From Octopus vulgaris (taxonomy: Eukaryota), in contig OX597836.1 of NCBI GenBank assembly GCA_951406725.2, positions 27,962,001 through 28,026,000 on the forward strand: a stretch of DNA of 64,000 bases, given 5' to 3'. The stretch's first letter is position 1. The number at the start of each line of letters is the position of its first letter. The notes under the pieces were generated by a model, which worked only from the letters and a program-made list of their open reading frames with translations, ran no database searches and was not told where the DNA came from. The position numbers and the translations under genes were made by a program. This document shows, one piece after another, positions 57,784 through 64,000 of this stretch.

Positions 57784-58095
57784 TGAGCGTTTCAAGGATA
57801 TACTTAAAACTTCATTGAAGAGCTTTGAGATCAACCCCGACACTTGGGGCAACGCAAATGCAAGACCTCCCTGCTTGGCAAAGCTGCACCCATAAAGGTG
57901 CCATCTCGTACGAACGGAACAAGATTGCGAGGGAACAAAGAGAGCGCGAATTATGCAAGTCCAGAGTCAACCCCTTGCCTCCAGTCCCAACAGACCACCA
58001 TTACCTGACCTGTGGTAGAAACTTCTGAGCAGGTATCGGACTGATTGGCTACTACCGGACACAGCGTGCTCCGTCTTCTTCTATCATGTGATCTC
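57784..58095 (+). mobile_element. RTE/BovB-type LINE C-terminal fragment
   Basis: RFKDILKTSLKSFEINPDTW, frameshift, QDLPAWQSCTHKGAISYE..LTCGRNF*AGIGLIGYYRTQ (decayed terminal C2H2-type finger). Confidence 0.8.
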
Positions 58096-58252
58096 ATTAA
58101 ATAAATAAATAAATAAATATGTACAGAGTGACCAAAAAACAAGATAGAACCCAAGAGGTAACGTGAACACACAATGAACGAGGTAATTCAGTGAGCTTGG
58201 GACTCTTTGACTCATAGAAAGGCAAGTCCATGCCGGATGGTACCTTGTATCA

Positions 58253-58485
58253 TAAGGCGGCGAGCTGGCAGAAACGTTAGCACGCCTAGTGAAATGCTTA
58301 GCGGTATTTCGTCTGCGTTACGTTGTGAGTTCAAATTCCGCCGAGGTCGACTTTGCCTTTCATCCTTTCGGGGTCGATAAATTAAGTACCAGTTACGCAC
58401 TGGGGTCGATGTAATCGACTTAATACCAATGTCTGTCCTTGTTTGTCCCCTCTGTGTTTAGCCCCTTGTGGGTAATAAAGAAATA
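58253..58485 (+). mobile_element. SINE family B, young full-length copy with 17-bp TSD
   Basis: GGATGGTACCTTGTATC at 58235-58251 and 58486-58502. Confidence 0.96.
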
Positions 58486-58579
58486 GGATGGTACCTTGTA
58501 TCGCTTGGACTGAGAAATCAGGTTAAGACATTTGCAAGAGACCGTAAACAGCGGAATTACTCCTACTTAGAAATGGGTT

Positions 58580-58624
<45 letters not shown>

Positions 58625-59416
58625 TCATGAAGACAGGCAGATTGGAATATATGCTGTTGTTAGGTTTTATTTGCATAAAGATTGAATCACAATTGAATTA
58701 CAAGGAAACAAAGAAAATGTAAAAAGAGCAGCAGTGGATATTACGCAGAACAAATGGCGTGTTCATCTGCGCGCTGAGGACATGACTGCGATGGCGTTAC
58801 CGCGGAGAATGGCCAATGACAGTCACTGCAGCAGGCACCCCCACGTCGCGAGGTTCAGTATGCAATACTATGGGGATGGTTCGTGTGTGTATGTGGTATG
58901 TAGGTATATCTATGTGTAGGTACGTGTTTGATAGTATGTGTGTGTGTGTGTGTGTGTCTGCATGTGTTTGTGTAAGGTGGTGGCGGTAGTGGTAGTGATG
59001 GTATTCGTGATGGTCGTAGTGGTGGTGGTGTTGGTTTTGGTAGTAGCGGTGGGTGAAACAGTTCAGTTTCCCCTTTATTAAACAACCACTCGAAGTGGGT
59101 TTGGTCATGTTGAAGATGCAGAAGTGCAGGTGCAAACTAAAGCTGGTACATCAGTAAAGATTCTTAGACGAAGACAAGGCCCTCCCGAAATAAGTTATCT
59201 TGAAGCAATGCTTGAAATCCTTTTCTTCCTGTTATCTTTCCTTTCGCTTGACCAACCATCCAACCACACACACACATACATACACACGCGTGCACATTAT
59301 TTCCTATGTCATCGTGAGGTCCAGAGGTCAATAAACACTAGATTATTGACCCAGAGGTCAATAATCTAGGCTTATTATCTATCGTTAATAATAATATAAT
59401 AATCTAGGTCAATAAC

Positions 59417-60128
59417 CATAGGTTCTCAAAGCGGGTGCTACCACTCCCGGTGGGCGTTGAGACGGTCCAGGTGAACGCTGGTGCCTAAGGCGCGGTAGAG
59501 AAAAAGGAAGCGTTGGAAGGAAGGCAATGGATTGAAGGACGCTGTGAATTTATTATGTTATCGTATTGCATACAAGTTATATAATATATTAAGCTAGCAG
59601 TATCGCCCGGCGTTGCTCGGGTTTGTAAGGGAAATAACTATATAAGCATTTTTAGGGAGTTATAGCCAAAAAATTGCAAAAAAATGCATTAAAAATGGAA
59701 AAAAAATTATGGTAAATTTTTTTTTAAATCGTAGACTCATCGTAGACATTCTTAGAGAGTTACTTCCCTTATATAATAGCGAAAAAATGCATTAAAATGG
59801 GAAAAAATGATGGTAATTTTTTTTTTAAATCGTAGACTCATCGTAGACGCGCGCTAATACCCAGAAGGGCTCGATATGAATCACGACTATAAGATACCCG
59901 CTTTTGGTTAAACTGTACCGCAAAATGTGGGAGTAGTTAGGAATCTAAATCGTAGGAGACAGACACACAACTTCACTTTTATATATAAAGATATCAAATG
60001 ATTCATAGTATATATAAATTAGTAAAATATATAAAATATTTATTTATGCATAAAAGTAGGGGTGGGGGGCACTGAGGGTATTGTGTGGCCATGAGAGTGG
60101 GGTGGCCCAAGAAGTTTGAGAACCTCTG
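59417..60128. mobile_element. hAT-Charlie-type MITE interrupted by a Helitron
   Basis: TIRs CATAGGTTCTCAAA and reverse complement CAGAGGTTCTCAAA; right flank CACTAGAT resembles the Charlie NTCTAGAN target. Confidence 0.75.
59594..59991 (-). mobile_element. Non-autonomous Helitron
   Basis: Minus strand starts TCTTTATATATAAAA and ends CCCGAGCAACGCCGGG hairpin plus CTAG; no TSD; homologous to 63180-63694. Confidence 0.85.
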
Positions 60129-60509
60129 CACTAGATCGTTATTACCATTAACGCTCGGTTCAGGGTTGTAGCATTCTGTAGTTGACAAGGATATGCTGGA
60201 GAAAAGTCAGAATTACCCAACGGAAGTCCATAATCATGTATACAAATGTGTATACAAATGTGTATACAAACAACGGCATATATAGAACACGCACGCACGC
60301 ACACACACATACAAATACACACGCACGACCAAACACATACACGCGCACACGTATGCACGCACACACATACATTCACACATGCATACGTAAGTGCATGCGT
60401 GTATTTAAAATAACAAATATCTTAACACGCTCACATCTGTGCACACGGTTATACACAAAATCGCCTGTATATTCTGGTGAGCATGTGTGTACATAACTGC
60501 GTGTTTGTG

Positions 60510-60571
<62 letters not shown>

Positions 60572-60859
60572 TGTGTGTGTGCGTGCGTGCGTATGAAATA
60601 ATCAAAACTCGACCGAGTGTATGTAATTAAGATGACCGGATGCAGTTATGGCAGCTCATCCCCAATCCCAAATTACATGTTTGCACAAGTCTTTTCAGTA
60701 AGTGCCGTTAGGAAAGATGGTAAACAACGCACGAAACAATTGACTGACGCGCCCACGCGCAGTCTATCAGTTTGTCTGTTTGTCTGGCCTTCTCTCTATC
60801 TGGTCGGCCAATTTTCTGCTCATCATCTGACTAATCGTCGGCTTCGGGCAATGTCAATA

Positions 60860-60931
<72 letters not shown>

Positions 60932-61077
60932 TGTGTGTGTGTGTGTCCGTGTGTGTGTGTGTGTGTGCGCGCGTGTATGTGTGTGTGTATGTATATATAT
61001 ATCGCCATGTTGATTCGCTAGCTTCTGCACGCATTTTTTTTCTCTCCTTGTTGCTTTCCGTGTTTCTTTTCTGTGTA

Positions 61078-61115
61078 TCTTTCTGTTGAAGAGCGTAGGC
61101 TCGAAACGTAAAAGA
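61078..61115 (+). ncRNA. Minimal type-I hammerhead-like motif (A6 replaced by T) in a Penelope-like repeat (about 61005-61213) flanked by (TA)n
   Basis: Stem I TCTTT/AAAGA; CTGTTGA plus A; stem II GAGC/GCTC; GAAAC; GTA triplet. Confidence 0.55.
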
Positions 61116-61211
61116 CTTGTTTTATTTATATTCCTGAGCGCCATACTAATACAATTGTTTGTTTGTATTCCACCAGCCTTCGTCTTTTGTTTATTTTTAT
61201 AAAGCTTCCCG

Positions 61212-61309
<98 letters not shown>

Positions 61310-61319
61310 ATATTATATC

Positions 61320-61465
61320 AACACACTCACTGGTAAAATTTCCACTCATTTCCTTCTTTATTCTCCAAAAATTTTCGTTGCGTCTTGCAAACTTTTCAAT
61401 AGTTGTTCACTCTCTTTAGAAAAATAAATAATGAAATGAGTGGAAATTCTACCGGTGTGTGTGTT
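61320..61465. repeat. Inverted repeat (about 50-bp arms) with a decayed hammerhead-like loop on the minus strand
   Basis: AACACACTCACTGGTAAAATTTCCACTCATTTC / GAAATGAGTGGAAATTCTACCGGTGTGTGTGTT; loop reverse complement TTGAAAA-GTTTGC-AAGAC-GCAAC-GAAA. Confidence 0.75.
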
Positions 61466-61689
61466 AAATTATAAGGCACTAAAAGAGAATGACTCTCCCC
61501 ACACACAACAGTATATATATATAAACCGGTTAAAGCCTTGAATATGATATATTAATAAAAATATTCTAACTATTCTCAGTGCATTTTCAGCTACTGTTTT
61601 TCATGTATATACGGTGTTGTTGATTATTACGTTGTAGTCTTCCCATTTTGTAAAGAATAAAACAATATTCAGTGTTTGGGTTAAGCATT

Positions 61690-61800
61690 TGCTTAGTGGC
61701 ATTCCATAGATTGGAATCTTCAAGTCCCCCACTGAAATTGGCCAACAAAACGATTTTGTCTGGTTTCGGTATTCTGGGCAAAATGCCACCCACGTCAGCT
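61690..61800 (-). mobile_element. Decayed RTE-type AP-endonuclease fragment
   Basis: ILPRIPKPDKIVLLANFS..DSNLW resembles the IPKxDKIILLGDFN..W motif. Confidence 0.45.
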
Positions 61801-62167
61801 TTAAATTTAAAATTGAACTTAAAGTGCCTGCATCTTTTGTCGGTGCATATCCAGTGTTTTTTAAGCGGAACTGCAGTGTTTTACTGCTGCTTGTAGTTCT
61901 TGTCTCCTGCTGACCAGATTACTGCAAAAACTATTCCTTGTAAACACAGCTTTTGTGAAGGGTTTTCCTCCCCAAAATTATAGCTCCGTCATATGTCTTC
62001 GGCTATCCCGCATTGTTTTGACGTTTCGCACTGACTGAATATTTCATATGGTGTGAGAAATATGCGTTATAGTATTGAAAAGTGATTGCGTGGAATATAT
62101 GATATGGAATGTGAAATATGTGTTATACTATTGGGAAGTGACTGTGTATAATACATGATGTAGTGTA

Positions 62168-62390
62168 CTCTCTACTCTCTACTATTTTACTTGTTTCAGT
62201 CATTTGACTGTGGCCATGCTGGAGCACCGCCTTTTAGTCGAGCAAATCGACCCCCAGGACATATTCTTTGTAAGCCTAGTACTTATTCTATCGGTATCTT
62301 TTGCCGAACCGCTAAATTACGGGGACGTAAACACACCAGCATCGGTTGTCAAGCGATGCTGGGAGGACAAAGACAGACACAGAAACGTAT

Positions 62391-62433
<43 letters not shown>

Positions 62434-62587
62434 CATATATACGACGGGCTTCTTTCACTTTCCGTCTACCAAATCCACTCACAATACTTAGTAGAAGACA
62501 CTTGCGCAAGGTGCCACGCAGTGGGACTGAACCCGGAACCATGTGGTTGGTAAGCAAGTTACTTACCACACAGCCATTCCTACGCCT
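62168..62587 (-). mobile_element. SINE family A, full length, (AGTAGAG)n tail
   Basis: Head AGGCGTAGGAATGGCTGTGTGGTAAG; B box GGTTCAGTCCC. Confidence 0.93.
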
Positions 62588-62601
62588 ATAAAACGATAAG
62601 C

Positions 62602-62672
62602 CTCCCCGGCGGGGAATCGAACCCCGGTCTCCCGCGTGACAGCGGGGATACTTACCACTATACTACCGAGGA
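62602..62672 (-). tRNA. tRNA-Asp: tRNA-Asp(GTC), 71 nt, one base missing in the anticodon arm; probable retroposed pseudogene
   Basis: TCCTCGGTAGTATAGTGGTAAGTATCCCCGCTGTCACGCGGGAGACCGGGGTTCGATTCCCCGCCGGGGAG. Acceptor stem fully paired, G73 discriminator, anticodon loop 6 nt (TGTCAC rather than CTGTCAC), no CCA. Confidence 0.9.
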
Positions 62673-63179
62673 CAGTGTATTAAATTTGCGTTGTATTAGC
62701 GAGAGGTGATTATGATGAATATGTAATATCGTTTGTGAAATATGCGTTATGGTATTGAGAAATATGTGTTATTGTATTGACAGGTGATTATGTAGAATAT
62801 GTGATGTAGGCTGTGAAATTTGAGTTTTTGTATTGAGAGGTGATTGTGAAGAATATGTGATATGCTGCGTAAAATATGCATTATAGTATCGGGAGATGAT
62901 TTTGTAGTATGTTTGAAGTGGTGTGTGAAATATGCACGTTAGTATTCAGAGATGATTTTGCGTAGGATACATGATGTAGTGTGTAAAATTTGTGTTATAG
63001 TACAGGGGTGTGCTTATGTAGAATAAGTGATGCGGTGTGCGAAATATGTATTGCAGTAGAGAAGTGACTGTGTGGTATATGTGATGTTGCTGTGTGAAAA
63101 GGTTTTGTGTTAAAGTATTACGGGATGACTGCGCAGATTACATGACGTGTTAATTGTGGAATGTGTAGATTATAAGGAA

Positions 63180-63694
63180 CTAGCAGTATCGCCCGGCGTT
63201 GCTCGGGTTTGTAAGGGAAATAACTATATAAGCATATATAAGAGTTACTTCCCTTATAGATGCCAATTCGGGCTTTCTTAGCCATTTCTGTTTTGGTGTC
63301 TTCAAGCCATGAAGTCGTTGTTCTAAAAGAACGCTGGTCTCCTTGACAACGCATTACGACGTTGATTTCCTTAAACTCCCTTCCCCACAGCTTCACGAGG
63401 GAGGGAAGAAGGGGGAGAAGCAAACAGGATGCAGGTGTTTGACCATGGACGCCAACTCCGCCGCCATCGACACACGAAAAATTATGCATTAAAATGGAAT
63501 AAAAAATGATGTCAAATTATTTTTTAAATCGTAGACTCATCGTAGACGCGCGCTAATAGCCAGACGGGCTCGATATGAATCACGACTATAAGATACCCGA
63601 ATTTGGTTAAACTGCACCGCAAAATGTGGGAGTAGTTAGGAATCTAAATCGAAGGGGACAGACACTCACACAACTACAGTTTTATATATATAGA
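63180..63694 (-). mobile_element. Non-autonomous Helitron
   Basis: A|TCTATATATATAAAA ... CCCGAGCAACGCCGGG hairpin ... CTAG|T: canonical AT insertion, no TSD. Confidence 0.9.
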
Positions 63695-64000
63695 TATACG
63701 GTGTATGATTTGTGTTACTAAGTTTCTGGTTTGGAATATTTGAGGTACGCTGTAAGGGTATCTTAATTATTGGGATGGCAATCTGTGTCAATTGCTCAGA
63801 TTTGTTATAGTTTTATCATATCCCCGTTTACCAATTATTAATGATGTTTTTTTCCTCTCAAATTCCCCCCAACCCCAACCCCACCCCTTCCACCTCCACC
63901 TCCACCGTTTTCCCAATTTTATTACTTTTATACGTTGATAGCTTCTTCAACTTCCTTCCGCTTGCCTAGAGATTAAGATTTCTATCAGAGTGCATAAACA

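Larger units (their letters stand above)
57354..59062. repeat. Inverted duplication of about 190 bp (57354-57539 and 58871-59062)
   Basis: ACTGTTTCACCCACCGCTACTACCAAAACC...GAACCATCCCCA and its reverse complement; both translate to CFTHRYYQNQHHH in the ORF track. Confidence 0.93.
62035..63175. repeat. Degenerate ~56-bp tandem satellite interrupted by the tRNA-SINE insert
   Basis: Recurring GAAATATGCGTTATAGTATTGAGAGGTGATTGTGTAGAATATGTGATGTAGTGTGT-like unit (e.g. 62057, 62113, 62737). Confidence 0.85.

Overview
This is eukaryotic, AT-rich, non-coding DNA dense in microsatellites and transposons. The SINE repertoire and the (TA)n/(TACA)n/(GATA)n/(ATT)n load look like an octopus genome; that assignment is inferred from recalled repeat families, not from a search. 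No host protein-coding exon could be supported, and almost all ORFs in the track are translations of microsatellites. The window holds three tRNA-derived SINE families (called A, B and C here), decayed non-LTR retrotransposons (R4/Dong-type in (TAA)n tracts, Tx1/L1-type, RTE-type), two non-autonomous Helitrons, and piggyBac- and hAT-type MITEs. The most notable signals are: (1) about ten minimal type-I hammerhead-ribozyme motifs in short Penelope-like terminal-repeat or fold-back elements, mostly next to (TA)n tracts, two of them with intact catalytic cores; (2) a tRNA-Asp(GTC)+SINE chimera that appears to have retrotransposed as one unit into a ~56-bp satellite; (3) SINE-B copies joined repeatedly to the same nucleotide of their own sequence, giving 184-bp multimers; (4) a palindromic element with a tRNA-like head; (5) an inverted ~190-bp duplication that may mark a staggered-break micro-inversion. 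Coordinates were read by eye and element ends are approximate unless a TSD or terminus is quoted.
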